Shown here in pieces: positions 14,958 to 29,179 of a DNA stretch of 64,000 nucleotides; positions within the stretch are counted from its first letter, which is position 1; each line of letters begins with the position of its first letter. The notes under the pieces were generated by a model. The model searched no databases. It was not told the origin of the DNA and worked only from the letters and a program-made list of their open reading frames with translations. A program made the translations under genes and the position numbers. Origin of the DNA: Neocallimastix sp. 'constans' (Eukaryota); the NCBI GenBank assembly GCA_050613775.1, contig JBODTK010000014.1:1178001-1242000 (forward strand), read 5' to 3'.

Positions 14958-16601
14958 ATGGCTAAAAGAACAAATAGACTCAATAACAATCAAGTAACTA
15001 ATATTACTGAAGAAAATCCAAACCCAAAAGGATTCTCCTTTAATTATTCAGAAAATTTTAATCATGTTACGGAACTGACTACGAAAAAATTCTTAAATTG
15101 GAAAACCAACATCTTCTACTTTTTAAGCATTAATAATTTAGACAGCTACATTGGGGATCAAAAGGTCAAGAAATTAAGAAAAAAGGATATAAGAGGAAAT
15201 TTAAACGATTATATTACGGATAAATTTGATGCATCTCTTGTATATGAACTCGGAACGTCGGAAGAAGACATCAAAAATGATATACTTGTCAAATGGATAA
15301 TCACAAACAGTCTTGGTGAAAATACAAAAAGGATCTTGAATAGTCATAATAAAACTGCCTACGAAATTTGGAAACTACTTAATAACTCGTTCACAATGGG
15401 AGAAGAACATCAAAAGATGATATTAAAGGATAAACTCAATAAGTTAAAATACAACATGGAAGATGACATACACATATTTCTATCAAAATTTCAAAACTTA
15501 ATTGATGACCTTGAGAGAATAGACAGTGACCTTAGCGATAATGTAAAGGTTGGGATGTTAAATCGATCTTTACCAGAAAACATTCGCTGGGTAAATGTCT
15601 TTCAATTCAATAATAACTGGAAGGGTTGCTGCAGTTATCTAGAGAGAATTATTCCAGACATAATATTTTCAAAAATTAGAGAAAATACTATAACCGAGAA
15701 TCAACAATGTATCTTTAATGTTACAACACACAACAAGAATAACAATGACCAAATTAAAAAGAACAACAAAAGAAAAAGAAAAAATAGTAAATGCTACTTG
15801 TGCGGAAAATTTGGTCATTACAAAAAAGAATGCTGGAGAAATAAAAAGAGTAATAACAAAAAGAAGAATAGATATAACAATAAAAGTAGAAAATTAAACC
15901 GCAAAAGAAATTATAAGTCTAGCAAGAAAAATACCTATAAAAATAACAATTATAATATTAATAATATAAATAATTATAACAGTGACATTCAGGAAGATTT
16001 TTCAACTGACTATAATACTGAAAAGTGTTTTGAAATTAATTACGCAATAATTAATAATAACAATCAATCTGACATAGTCAACTATAACAATATCACATGC
16101 TGGATACTTGATTCTGGAGCTTCCATCAGCATAACAAATAATTTAAATCAATTAACAAATATAAGAAAATGCAAAATAAATATATCTTTACCCAATGGCA
16201 AAGAAATAATCTCAAGTCACTTAGGCAATTTCGAAGGATATATAAATAATTATAAATTTGTTTTAAAGAATGTATATTATTCAAACCAAATATATAAAAA
16301 CTTAATATCAATTAATCAATTAATGTTACAAAATTATAAAGTCGTTTTCAATAATCTTAACAATTTACTAAGAGCTACAATTTACGACAATAATGGTAAT
16401 AGAGTATATGACATTTTTTCAAATCTTAAAAATACTTTTAAAATTTATTTTTCAAAGTTTCCAATAATATTCTATAAAAAATATTTAAATATCACAAACG
16501 AAATTAGTTACACACACTTAAACAAAAGTCAAATTATGGACCTCTGGCATCGCCGCCTTTGTCATTTCAACATTTCCTTAGTCAAAGATAAGTTAAAATA
16601 A
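14958..16601 (+). CDS. Copia gag (CCHC knuckle), protease and GAG-pre-integrase; ends at a frameshift
   Basis: CYLCGKFGHYKKEC, WILDSGAS, LWHRRLCH. Confidence 0.9.
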   Translation: MAKRTNRLNNNQVTNITEENPNPKGFSFNYSENFNHVTELTTKKFLNWKTNIFYFLSINNLDSYIGDQKVKKLRKKDIRGNLNDYITDKFDASLVYELGTSEEDIKNDILVKWIITNSLGENTKRILNSHNKTAYEIWKLLNNSFTMGEEHQKMILKDKLNKLKYNMEDDIHIFLSKFQNLIDDLERIDSDLSDNVKVGMLNRSLPENIRWVNVFQFNNNWKGCCSYLERIIPDIIFSKIRENTITENQQCIFNVTTHNKNNNDQIKKNNKRKRKNSKCYLCGKFGHYKKECWRNKKSNNKKKNRYNNKSRKLNRKRNYKSSKKNTYKNNNYNINNINNYNSDIQEDFSTDYNTEKCFEINYAIINNNNQSDIVNYNNITCWILDSGASISITNNLNQLTNIRKCKINISLPNGKEIISSHLGNFEGYINNYKFVLKNVYYSNQIYKNLISINQLMLQNYKVVFNNLNNLLRATIYDNNGNRVYDIFSNLKNTFKIYFSKFPIIFYKKYLNITNEISYTHLNKSQIMDLWHRRLCHFNISLVKDKLK

Positions 16602-19500
16602 AATAATTCCACCAGAAAAATGCCAAATATGTATTAACTCAAAACTCAAAAATAAACCATATAAAAACGTTAAAAACAAAACTTTTCACATTTTTGAGTT
16701 AATCCATATGGACTTGGTAGGACCAGTTACAACTTCCTTAAATGGTTATAAATATTTTCTAACAATCCTGGATGATTTTTCACTTTTTGGATGGATAATC
16801 TTCATTACAAATAAATATGAAACTTTTGAAGTATTCACACTCTGGTATAACAGAATATCAAATATTTTTAATACTAAAATAAAATATATTCGAACTGACA
16901 ATGGTAAGGAATTTAAGAACAAAAGTTTTGAACAATTCTGCCAAACTAACAATATTATTCAACAATTACAATCCCATATAATCTAGCACAAAACGGACAA
17001 TCTGAACGCTTTAACGGAACATTAATCTACTGCGCCAAATCACTCCCAAACGAATCAAAATTGAGCCATAACTTTTGGGAGTTTGCAGTGGATACCTCAT
17101 CAGGGAATTAACAATAAAATTCCCTATGAAATCTTATACAATAAACCAATTAATTATAATAATTTTCGAGTTTTTGGATGTCGTGTTTATTTTTTCATCC
17201 CTAAAGAATTTCGCTCAAAATTTGACAATAATTCTTATCCTGGTATCTTTCTAGGCTATAGCGAAAATACAAAGGCGTATAAAATTCTAGATATAATAAA
17301 TCATAAAATTATTCTTTCCAGAACTGTTGAGTTCCTAGAAAATCAACCTGGCAATACCTATTTCCATTACACCAATAACGAATTCAGAAAGGATGATTAT
17401 ACAAATAACAATTTTATTGAAAATTTAAAACATCTTGAAGACAATTATTCAAAATATAACAATTACAGCAATGATAATTATAAAAAACATAATAATAATT
17501 ACAGAAATGAAAAGAACACTCAAAGCAACAATAAAGACAATAACAATAACAATAACAATAATAATAACAATAACAATGAAAATTATACTATTCAAAATAA
17601 TAACAATAATAAAGAAAATAATTTCATGGAAAATAAAAAAGCCAATGATAATAAAGTTAATTCTACAATAAATAAAAACAACACAATCAATAATGATTAT
17701 AATGGAAACAACAAAAATTACAACAAAAATAATAATGAAAGAGAAATTAATAATAATGGTAAAATCAATAACAATTCAATAGAAAATTATTCAGATACCA
17801 ATACATCACAATTTACTATAAATAACACTAATAACGAACATTTTTTAAGTCATCAATTAAATAAAAACCTTTCATTACACAGCACATCTAAAAGAAAGTC
17901 AATGTTTAACAATAACAAATTAAATAAACGTTTTAAGTCTAACAAAAACAATAAAGTTAATATAATTAATTCCTTAACAGATCAGTTTAAAGAACCAATA
18001 AATTATAATGACATATTCAAATTAAAGGATAAAATAGAATGGATAAAAGCAATCCGAGAAGAACTAACAAATATGGAGAAACTTAAAGTGTTCGATATCA
18101 TAAGAAAAATTCCCCCAAACACCAATGTAATATCTTCAAGATGGGTATTTAAACTAAAAAGGAATTCCGAAGGAGATATCATCAAGAGGAAAGCCAGATT
18201 GGTGGCGAAAGATTATAATCAAAAATACGGAATTAATTATAAAGAAACCTTTGCCCCAACACTAAAACAGGACACACTTAGAGTATTTACCGTAATAGCT
18301 GTTATAAATAATTTTAAAATAAAACAAATAGATGTAAATTCGGCATACTTAAATGCCCCAATAGAAGAAGATATATACATGATAGCACCTGAAGGACACT
18401 ATTCTCATGGAAAATATTTTTGGAAACTCAAGAAGGCACTTTATGGATTGAAACAGGCCGGAAAACAATGGAACAACAAACTAAATGAAGAGTTACTTAA
18501 AATGAACTTTAGGAGAATTAAAAGTGAACCATGTCTGTATGTGAAATTTGATAATGATAAAAAAATAATTTGTATATTATCAGTCTACGTAGACGACATT
18601 CTGATTGCAGGAAAGGAAAATGAAACAAATAATGTCAAAAAATCAATTAAAGAGAAATTCAACATCAAAGATATTGGAGATGTCGAATTCGTTATTGGAA
18701 TCAAATTTGAAAAGGTCCAAAATGGTTATATTCTTCATCAATCAAGGTATGTGAAAGATATTTTAAATAAATATAAAATAAACAAATTAACCCCGCTTAG
18801 AAACTTTATATCAAAAGAAAATGAAAATCTAAGAAAGACAAAATTTAATGAAACAACATATAGGAGTGCTATTGGAAATCTACTATATTTAGCCATATGC
18901 ACTCGACCAGATATTTTGTTTGGAGTCACTCGAGCAGCGAGAAAGGCACGTCAACCAACATTAGAAGATTGGGAAAACGTGCTCAAAATTTTCAAATATT
19001 TAAGAGGATCGATAAATTACGGAATCAAGGTAGAAAAGAATATGAACCTCAAAATATTTGTCGATGCAGATTATGCTGGCGATCCAGGATCTAGGAAATC
19101 CACATCCGGTTTTCTTATGATGATGGGACCTACTCCTACTAGCTGGTTTTTTAAACTATAGCATTGTGTTTCAACGTTCACTGCTGATGCTGAATACTAC
19201 AGCTTAAGCAAATGCGCAAAGCATGCGTTATGGTATAAAAATCTTTTAAGCGAGTTAAATATAAATATTAAGGATATTACAATTTTTGTAGACAACAAAG
19301 CTACCATTTATAACAGTGAAAATGTATCGATAAATCCAAAATCAAAACATATCGATATTCGTTATCACCACATCCGAGACTTAGCAAGAAAATAATCAAA
19401 TTAAAATATATTAAATCAAAAGATAATATAGCTGATGGTTTTACGAAATACTTGAATAGTACATTAATGGATAATTTAGAAACTCCTTACTCACTAAAAC
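16602..19500 (+). pseudogene. Copia integrase, RT and RNase H with frameshifts and a premature TAG at 19159
   Basis: MDLVGP, IRTDNGKEF, RWVFKLK, KARLVA, YVDD, FVDADYAG, KHIDIRYH; split over ORFs 16708-16986 and 17083-19161. Confidence 0.9.
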
Positions 19501-20859
19501 ATAAATTACTTAATAGAAAATCTACTTCTTTTTTCTCTTTAATGAAGAGTTTTTTTTTGAAGCTAGATTCTAGGGGGAATGTTAAAAATATAAACATTTA
19601 TCATTTAAGTTTTTAATATATCATTAACCAATAGGTTATCATAAATAAATTAAATATACTTATATAAATTAAGAGAAATAAAATTCTTCTTAAAAATATC
19701 TTCTCTATTTTTTTATAATTAATAAATACTTTATAATAAAATATTTTAAAACACATTCTTATCTTTATAAAATAAAACTATATTTGTATTTATTAAATTG
19801 AGTGTCTCTTAACCCTTTTTTAGCATATATTTAAATATATTAAAATTTTTGAAATAAATTTGTAATTACATATTTTTATACTTAATTATTCAAATATTCA
19901 ATTATAAATTTTATATTACAAATAATTTTATATAAATAGGTCGTTAAGTATAAATTTATTTAAAGATATTATATAAAATTTTTGAAAATAATTTTAAATT
20001 ACATACATTTATTATCAGTTATTCAAATATTTAATTATTATAAATTTTATATTGTAAAGTGGTTTATTTAAATAACTGGTAAATATTAATATATATTTAA
20101 ACATATTATTACAATTTTTGAAATTAATTGAAAATAACATATATTTTATAATAAATATTTTTAATATTTAATTATTATTAATAATATACATCTAAATATT
20201 TTTATGTAAATAGATTAGTAGTATAAATGTATATTTTAATAAATTAATAATATTTTATAACTTAAATTTATTATCAATTATTTAAATATTTATTTATTAT
20301 TAGTTTTATATTATCAAAATTCAAATAATATATTTAAATTTATAATATAAAAAAATATTAATTTATAAAAATATATATTTGATTAAAAATCAATATTATT
20401 GTTTAATAATAAATTTAAGAAATTTTATTTAATCAATTAATTAATAAAATTATAAATAAATTATAAAATTTTTTAATTTTATTATTATTATTTATTATTT
20501 TTGTATTTTGTGTGTATTATTTTTTCCTTATTATATATATTATAATGGTATTAGTTTTGCAATAATTAATAATATATAATTGCTTTTATTTTTTGTTATA
20601 TCTGTATGTAATAATAATATCACCTTCTTCAAAGGTTTTATTTTTTTTATTTTATTTAAATTATATTAATTTATTTTATTAAGATTTTGTTTGTTATTAC
20701 AAATATTCTTTAGTAAAAATAAAATATTAAAAAATTTTTAACATCATTCTTTAATGAAATCTGATTCTGATGGTTGTAAATCAGCTTGAAGTAAATTCAA
20801 TATAATTTATTAAAGAGTTAATTTATTTTAAAAAATTTTAAGAAATATTATCATTTTTT

Positions 20860-20940
20860 ATCTGATCCAGATGGTATCTCTATCGAATTTTATAAAACAT
20901 TTTTTTGTAACAAAGAATGGAATGTTTTGTTTAGTAACTA
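20860..20940 (+). pseudogene. Possible LINE reverse transcriptase remnant
   Basis: gatccagatggtatctctatcgaattttataaa = DPDGISIEFYK, similar to the LINE GPDGxxxEFYK motif. Confidence 0.45.
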
Positions 20941-22502
20941 AATCATTTCTGGTGATTATTCTAAAACGCCATTCTTAGTGTGATCTGTGACTCTCTTTAT
21001 AGATATTATGTCCAAGGCTAGTATTAAACATTGGTTATTAAGCCTTTAAATTTTTTAATGCTATAATATTATAATCTATTTTTATTTGTATAGACTGTTA
21101 CATTCATAAGTAACAATCTATAATTATTTTTAACAAAAAAAAAATATATTTTCTTTGTCAAGTTATAATTAAATTACTTTTATTTAATTCATATTATATT
21201 TATGTATTTAAATATAATTAATAATTTATTTAACTATATATTAAGCATTTATTTAATTTAACAATAAAATTTTATTTAGTTAAATAGTTTTTATACATTT
21301 AAAAAATAATAATTTGTTTAATTATTCATTTAATTATCAAATTTATTTTTATATTTAAATTAAATTATAAACTAAATTATTATTCGTAATTTATCATGTA
21401 TTTTTTATTATATTTATAATGTATTTTACATTAATAATAAATTATTTTGATTTTTATGTATTGTTCTAACTAGAACTAAATAGAGAAAATTATATTTTTT
21501 AGGATCGAGATAATTTTTATTATTTTATTCTTTTATTTTCAATCATTAAATTAGATTAAATCATTAATTAATTAAAGTTTTTCAATTTACTTCATAAAAT
21601 TGTTTAAAATAAAAATATTTATAAATATATTAATACATACATGATAAAATTAATATTTTTTACATAAAGTATTTAGAGTAAAATAATAAAAGCTTATATT
21701 ATCAGCATATTTATTTTAATATTATTAAAATATGTTATTATCAATAATAAATAAATTAGTTTAAAATATGTAATTATAAATAATAAATAAATTAGTTTAA
21801 AATATGTTATTACAAATAATAAATAATTTAGTCCAAAAATTAAAGTGTTGATATGATATAAATACTATCACAAAACATCAATTTATAAGTTTTATTTTTT
21901 CATAATGAAAATAATAATTAATAATGAATATTAAATAACAATAACTCATATGTTATAACAGAAATATCAAGTCAATATATATTTATTAAATACAAAAATC
22001 TAATGAGTAAAAGATTGATTTATTTTACTCCAAAATGGATAATTTTTTAAAGCAATATTACTACTACTACTAAGAGAAATAATGATAATATATTTATTTT
22101 CATGATTAATATTCAAATTTAAATTAAAAATACTAAAGTTTAAATAATGAGTATTTACTTCTTAAAATGAAATATTTTTAAAAATGAATAAAAAAAGTTG
22201 AAACTTAATAAAAAAATTTTTTTAAAAGTTTAGGAATGATAAATATATATAGAAATATATATTAGTATTAATAAGAAGAATACTTAAAATATTTTTTTTT
22301 GTTCGAGTTTAATGTATTAAATAAATTTTTTAGAGAATGCTTTTATAATTTTTATACATAGCGTATATTATTTTTTATTTTTATTAATATATTATAATAA
22401 ATTATAATTAAAAAAAATATGTACTCAATTTTAAAGAAAAAAATATTAAAATTAGAAAAAAAAATAATAGTTATTATCAAGAGTTTACATATTACTTTAT
22501 AT

Positions 22503-22825
22503 TAAAATAAAATAAAATAAAATAAAATAAAATAAAATAAAATAAAATAAAATAAAATAAAATAAAATAAAATAAAATAAAATAAAATAAAATAAAATAA
22601 AATAAAATAAAATAAAATAAAATAAAATAAAATAAAATAAAATAAAATAAAATAAAATAAAATAAAATAAAATAAAATAAAATAAAATAAAATAAAATAA
22701 AATAAAATAAAATAAAATAAAATAAAATAAAATAAAATAAAATAAAATAAAATAAAATAAAATAAAATAAAATAAAATAAAATAAAATAAAATAAAATAA
22801 AATAAAATAAAATAAAATAAAATAA
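22503..22825. repeat. (AAAAT)n perfect microsatellite, about 64 copies
   Basis: Directly visible. Confidence 0.98.
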
Positions 22826-23343
22826 AAACAATTATTTAATAAATAATATATATTATATATATATTATTTTAATATTATTAAAATTTTCTATATATATAAA
22901 TATAAATAATTATTTATATTTATATATGTATTTAATATTTATATATTTATAAAATTATATATATATTGTTAGAAAAATGGATAATTTTAACTTATTAAAG
23001 GTAATTGATCATAATTTGATAATACTTCTATTGAAATAAGTTTTGACAGTCATAAAAAGAAGTTACTGATATTACGTATTTAAAATAATTTTTCTTAAAT
23101 ATTTAAAAATATTGATTCCTTCATTTTTATTTAATTTTTCTTTCATTAGATAAGTTCCTTACTAAATTATTTATTGGTTTTCAAAATTTTCCTTTTTTTT
23201 TTTTTTAATGGTTTATAATTTTCATTTTCATTAATATTAATTTATTTAGTAATTCTATTTTGACTAAAATCTATTATTGGAGTTAAATTCAAAATAGGAT
23301 ATATTTTTTGATATATAGGTATTTTTTTTAATTATTTTCATTT

Positions 23344-24726
23344 TCATTTTTTTGTTTGAGTTTTAGTTGTATTTTTATCATTTAAATTTGTTTCAAAAAT
23401 TAGTTTAAATCCATTTATATTATTATTATTATTATTTTTTTTTAATTTATTTATTTTGATATTGTGATTATTTTTCTTTTTCATACTTTTGATACTATTA
23501 CTTTTTAAGCAACTTTTTCTACTTTTCTTAATTATATTTCTTTTCTTATTTGAATTATTTAATGAATTATTGATTGAATTTTCTAATTTTCTTTTTCTTA
23601 ATGGCTTACAATTTTCATTTTCATTAATATCAATTTTATTTGTATTTTTGATTTGATTAAAATCTTCCAAGATGCTATGATCAGAATAAAATTCAAAATA
23701 CGATACGTTATCTGATATTCTGACTTTTTTATCTTTAGATTTAGTTTTGGCTTTAAATTTATTTTTGTCATTCAAAATTGTTTCAATAATTATCTTATAC
23801 ATATTTGTATTATTATCAGTGCTTTTTAATTTATTTATTATTTGATTATTCTTCTTCTTCTTCATACTATTAATACCATTATTATTTAAAAATTTTTTAA
23901 TCCTTTTCTTTATTATATTTCTTTTTTTATTTAAATTATTTAATGAATTATTTACTGATTCTTCTAATTTTCTTTTTCTTAATGGTTTGCAGTCTTCCTT
24001 TTCATTGATATCATTTTTATTTGTTTTTTTAATTTGACTAAAATCTTCTAAGATGCTATGATTAGAATAAAATTTAAAATAGGAAACATTATCTAGGATA
24101 ACGACTTTTTTGTTTTTACGTTTATGTTTAGGTTTAGTGTTAGTGTTAGTTTTATTATATAGAACCGTTTCAAGTGTTGTTTTATTTACATACGTACAGA
24201 TATCATGGCTTGCTAATTTATTGCTTTTTATATTTTGATTGTTCTCAGAAATACTGATATTATCATTATTTTTTTTTTCATGACAAATTGGAAGTGTTTT
24301 GAATTTTTTTAATTGATGGTTACTATTTTTTTTTGTTAATTTCTTATTATTAGTATTAATAATAGGAATATTATTCCTTTGAATATTTTCATTATAATAA
24401 TTTGCATTTGAAAAAGATAATTTAATATTGTCATTACAAAATATATAATAAGTATGTTCGTTATTAATTTTATTTTGACATAATGGACCTAGTTTTTTTG
24501 ATTCTTTCAGAATGTTTTTCATTTCATTTGCGTAATGCAAAGGAAAAGAAATATCATCATGAAAAGTTTTATTTATTGTGAATTTTTTTATATATGACAC
24601 TCTCTTGTATAATAACATATTATTATTAAAATCATTTTGTTGAATTCTAGTTTTTTCTATAATATATGATTCACCATTATTGGTGAATTTAAAAATACTA
24701 GTATACTTATTAATGGTTTTTTTCAT
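23344..24726 (-). CDS. Orphan Lys/Asn-rich protein with two internal repeats of about 125 aa; likely start MKKTINKY
   Basis: 1.4-1.5 kb open frame in AT-rich DNA; KKVxIxDNVSYFxFYSxHSILEDF...CKPLRKRKLE occurs twice, with a third frameshifted copy at about 23170-23340. Confidence 0.65.
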   Translation of the reverse strand: MKKTINKYTSIFKFTNNGESYIIEKTRIQQNDFNNNMLLYKRVSYIKKFTINKTFHDDISFPLHYANEMKNILKESKKLGPLCQNKINNEHTYYIFCNDNIKLSFSNANYYNENIQRNNIPIINTNNKKLTKKNSNHQLKKFKTLPICHEKKNNDNISISENNQNIKSNKLASHDICTYVNKTTLETVLYNKTNTNTKPKHKRKNKKVVILDNVSYFKFYSNHSILEDFSQIKKTNKNDINEKEDCKPLRKRKLEESVNNSLNNLNKKRNIIKKRIKKFLNNNGINSMKKKKNNQIINKLKSTDNNTNMYKIIIETILNDKNKFKAKTKSKDKKVRISDNVSYFEFYSDHSILEDFNQIKNTNKIDINENENCKPLRKRKLENSINNSLNNSNKKRNIIKKSRKSCLKSNSIKSMKKKNNHNIKINKLKKNNNNNNINGFKLIFETNLNDKNTTKTQTKK

Positions 24727-26199
24727 AGTTTTTAAAATAATAAAATAAAAATTTTGAATAAAAATTAAAAATGTAAAATAACTAAAATATAACATTGAAC
24801 AATATTCTACAATGGTAATATTAAATTTTTGAAAAAAAATTAAAAGTATAAAGTAATAAAAATATAACATTATAAAATATTTATAAAAAAATGTTTTTTT
24901 ATAATATTCTTTTATTATTTTTTTTTGCTGTTAATAAAATATTTAATTATATATTTTTTTATTTTTTTTTTTTTATTTATTTTTTTTATTCTATTTTTTA
25001 TAATAATAAAAATATCAGTCAATTTTTGCTTTAAAAGTAAATTTAAATAATTATAATTATAACCAGTAATAATAAAAATGATTTTTGAATTATTAAAAAA
25101 AAATAATAATAAAAATAAGAATTAAAAAAAAAAGTATTGTATTTATATAGTAATTAATTTATTGCTTAGCAAAATTTTTATTTTCAATAAAAAAAAAGTA
25201 CGGACAGTATTTTTTTCTGTCCATGTTTTTTTTTTTTGGTTTTATATTTGTTCTGACCAATTTTTTTTTTTTAAATTAATTTTAAATTCTTTTTATTATA
25301 AAATATTTAATTGTATATAAATTTTAAAAAGGTAAAAAAAAATACAGTTTTTAATTAAAAACTTTTTTTCTTTATTATTTTTTGTTTTTAAATATATATT
25401 TAACTTGTAAATTGGTTATTCCTTTATTATTATTAATATTATTAATTATTATTAAAGTTATCAATTTTTTAGCATTTGTTATCAATCTATTATATAAAAA
25501 ATTTAAAACAAATAAAATATTTATTTATTCTTTTATGATTTTATAGTTATATACAATAATAAAATGAATTATACATAAAATAAATTAGTTTTATATTATA
25601 TAATTAATACTGTATTTTTTTATTTCTTATTTTTTTATATTATATACTAGTTAATTTTTCTTTTTATTATCTTTATTATCTAAATATATAAATAATATTA
25701 TTATTTACAATATAATATAATATTTATAATATAATTATAAATTAAATATTAATATTTTTATAGAAATTATTATTATTATTATCAATAAAAGATATTATAA
25801 TACTTTTTAACTTCAATTAATTATTCATAATTATCATTAATATAAAATACTTGACATCTTTAAAAACTTAAATTTATTATTATTATTATCATAATTAATT
25901 ATTAATTAGGTTATTATATTAAATATTTGATTTAACTATTTTTATTTTAAAGAAAAATATAAAAAAAAAAATTTAAATTATAAAATAATTTATATATATA
26001 TATTATTAATTAATTAATTTTAATAATTTATATTCAAAAAAATTTTTTCTATAAAGATGTACAAAAAAGAAATAATTTTTTTTTTATATATTTATAATTT
26101 AAATATATATTTATATATTTTTAATATTTTTCTCTTATACTTTTATCTTTATTTATATTAATTTAAATTCAGTTATATATTTTTATATAATTTTATTCT

Positions 26200-26435
26200 T
26201 ATAAGCTTAAGCATTATATATGGAAATGGTCCTCTATGTAACTTAATTATATTAATTACATCAAATTACTTTATTAATATCTGCTCTATATTCAATTAAT
26301 TATTTTACTAGATTTTCGTTTCCACTTTTGCGTACATAAAATAATGGTGTATTACCACAAAATATTCTTCATTTATATCAGCTATAAGTTCAACTAAATA
26401 TTTTACAAGATTTTCATTTCCACTATAGCATGAAA
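26200..26435 (-). pseudogene. Ankyrin-repeat gene remnant
   Basis: CYSGNENLVKYLVELIADIN...GNTPLF...SGNENLVK*LIEYRADINK on the minus strand. Confidence 0.75.
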
Positions 26436-26436
26436 T

Positions 26437-26705
26437 TAATAAATAATAAATAATAAATAATAAATAATAAATAATAAGTAATAAATAATAAAAAGAGTAT
26501 TTATTAGTAAATAATAAATAATAAATAATAAATAATAAAAAGAGTATTTATTAGTAAATAATAAATAATAAATAATAAATAATAAATAATAAATAATAAA
26601 TAATAAATAATAAATAATAAATAATAAATAATAAATAATAAATAATAAATAATAAATAATAAATAATAAATAATAATTAATAAATAATAATTAATAAATA
26701 ATAAA
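26437..26705. repeat. (AATAAAT)n microsatellite
   Basis: Directly visible heptamer array with two interrupting aaagagtatttattagt units. Confidence 0.95.
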
Positions 26706-28269
26706 TATTATTATTTGTGTTAACTAATTCTTCACATCAAATTAAGAAGTTGGGTATTAAAAATACCAATTATGATTTAGACTATAAATATTCTCAATTT
26801 TCAATAAATAATTACAACAGTAGAAATATTAGTATTGATTTAGGTATAAAAATAAATGAACAAGAAAATTTTAACGATATCAAATCATCAAAATTACAAA
26901 ACAATTCAATTCCATTTAGTTTATCCTCAAATGCCAATAATAATCATTTTAATTATGGTATTATAAATACTAACAATATTAACATTAATATGAATAACAG
27001 CATTATTAATACTAATATGAGTATAAATAAAAATAATATTAATATAAATGCAGTAACACCCTATAATAGTATGATCTATTTTAATGACATAATGTATAAC
27101 AATAATATTAATAATAATATTAAGTATGAAGATAATCCTATTATCAGCAATAATATTGATTTTAAATATAAAAATAATTATTAAAAAAAATACAGTATTT
27201 CATTAAAAATATAAATATAATAAAATAAAAACAATATAGAATATATATATAATAAAGAATTATTATAATTTTTTTTTTTTTAAATATAATTATAGTAATA
27301 ATAACATATGATATAAATTTGTATTGTAAGTTATATAATCAAAAAAATAGAATTATTTGCTATAATTTGTTATTTAAAAATTATAACTATATAATAAAGC
27401 AATAATTATTATACAAAAAATATATTAGTTTTTAAAATTATAATAATATTATAAATTAAATATTGTCTTTATATCAGTTCATAATAATTACAATAGTAGA
27501 CAATTTTTATTATTAACTATTTTTTTTTAAAAAAAAAAAAAAAAAATAATTAAAATAAAATAAAAATAAATTTAAAGTAATTATCTTTATTGAATTTTAA
27601 AATTAATTAAATATCTAAACTCGAGTTATTTAAAATATAATTATTTCTAGATTTCTTTTTTATTATTATTATTTATTATTCAGTTATTTAATTATTTATT
27701 ATTTATTATTTAATAAATAGTAACCTAGTAACTATTTATTATAAAATATACATTGATAAAATTGACATAATTATAAAACCATAAATTCTTGACTTTTTAG
27801 CAATTATTATTATTATATTATTATTGTTATTATTATTATTATTTATTATTTAATATTAATAAAAATAAAGAAATTTTATGTCCATTAACAATTATGACAT
27901 TAATTATATTAATTCCAGAAAAAAAATAACCAATTAAATTATAATTTATAGGAATATTTATAAATTTATATATTTATTGGTAGAAAATTTGGAATTAAAA
28001 TAAAATTTAAATTTTATTTTAATAACTAACAATAAAGTTAAATTTAATAAAAAAAAAAAAAAGAATTTATACATACATATATCAATAGTTTTTTTTATTT
28101 TTTTATTTTTTTATTTTTTATTAATTTTATTTTAAAATAGTTATATCAAATCAAAATTATTAATTTTATAAAATATTTAGATTAATTTTTATTTTATTTT
28201 AATATCTATTAGTCGATTTAATAAAAAAAAAAAAAAGATTTCTTTACAAAGTATAAAAAAAAAATGATT

Positions 28270-28582
28270 TAAAAAAATATTATCTTTAAAATTACACCTT
28301 TTATAAAAGATATAGATAATGGAAATATAGAAAATATTAAAAATTTCAATAAATAATATCAATAAAAATAATTCAAAAAAAATTGATATGCCTTTGGAGA
28401 TCTATAAAAATGGTTTTCTTATTTCTAATAGATTAAATTTTATAATAAAAATTGTAGCTATACATATCCTCTTCTTTATTAAAAAAATGAATAAAAGATA
28501 ACGAAATTTATTTATTAAGTATTATTTTTGGTCATGGTGCCAATATAAAAATAACAGAAACATACGGTTATTCACCTATATT
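28270..28582 (+). pseudogene. Ankyrin-repeat gene remnant
   Basis: ITPFIKDIDNGNIENIK and HGANIKITETYGYSPI segments; no continuous frame. Confidence 0.55.
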
Positions 28583-28765
28583 ATTTATTATTTATTATAT
28601 ATTAATTATAAATTATTATCTATTATCTATTATTTATTATTTATTAATTATTAATTAATAACTATTATTTATTATTTATTATTATTATTATCTACTATTA
28701 TGATTATTATTTATTATTTATTATTATTATTATTATCTACTATTATGATTATTATATATTATTTA

Positions 28766-28800
<35 letters not shown>

Positions 28801-28829
28801 CTACTATTATGATTATTATTTATTATTTA

Positions 28830-28861
<32 letters not shown>

Positions 28862-28995
28862 CTACTATTATGATTTTTATTTATTATTTATTATTTATTA
28901 TTATTATTTATTATTTATTATTTATTATTTATTATTTTTATTATTTATTATTTATTATTTATTATTTATTATTTATTATTTATTATTTATTATTA
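28583..28995. repeat. (TTATTTA)/(TTA)n low-complexity tract
   Basis: Directly visible. Confidence 0.9.
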
Positions 28996-29179
28996 ACCAA
29001 CTATCTGAAGAAAAGACACAAAGACAAAATAACACCTTTAATATTGTTTTGTATTAATAATTGTTATTGACACTTTGTTTATTTCAGTTTAAGAATATAT
29101 GCTTTTAAAAGTATATCAATTATTTACATAAATACATAAATAAAATTAAATTATGAATAAATACATGTGACGTTATATG

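Larger units (their letters stand above)
14958..19825 (+). mobile_element. Ty1/copia LTR retrotransposon, disrupted, with 3' LTR only
   Basis: Domain order gag-PR-IN-RT-RH; PPT tagggggaa 19571-19579; probable LTR TGTTAA...TAGCA 19580-19825; no matching 5' LTR seen. Confidence 0.9.

Noticed and set aside
22502..22831. 109-aa FYFIL-repeat ORF
   Set aside because: Translation of the (AAAAT)n microsatellite
25195..25235. GGACAG/CTGTCC hairpin between A and T runs as a terminator or Helitron end
   Set aside because: Single short stem, no CTRR end or second copy seen
26717..27184. 155-aa Asn-rich ORF
   Set aside because: GTG start, low complexity, no recognisable domain; cannot be supported as a gene
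28809..29070. Two Ile/Tyr/Leu-rich ORFs
   Set aside because: Low-complexity TTA/TTATTTA tract
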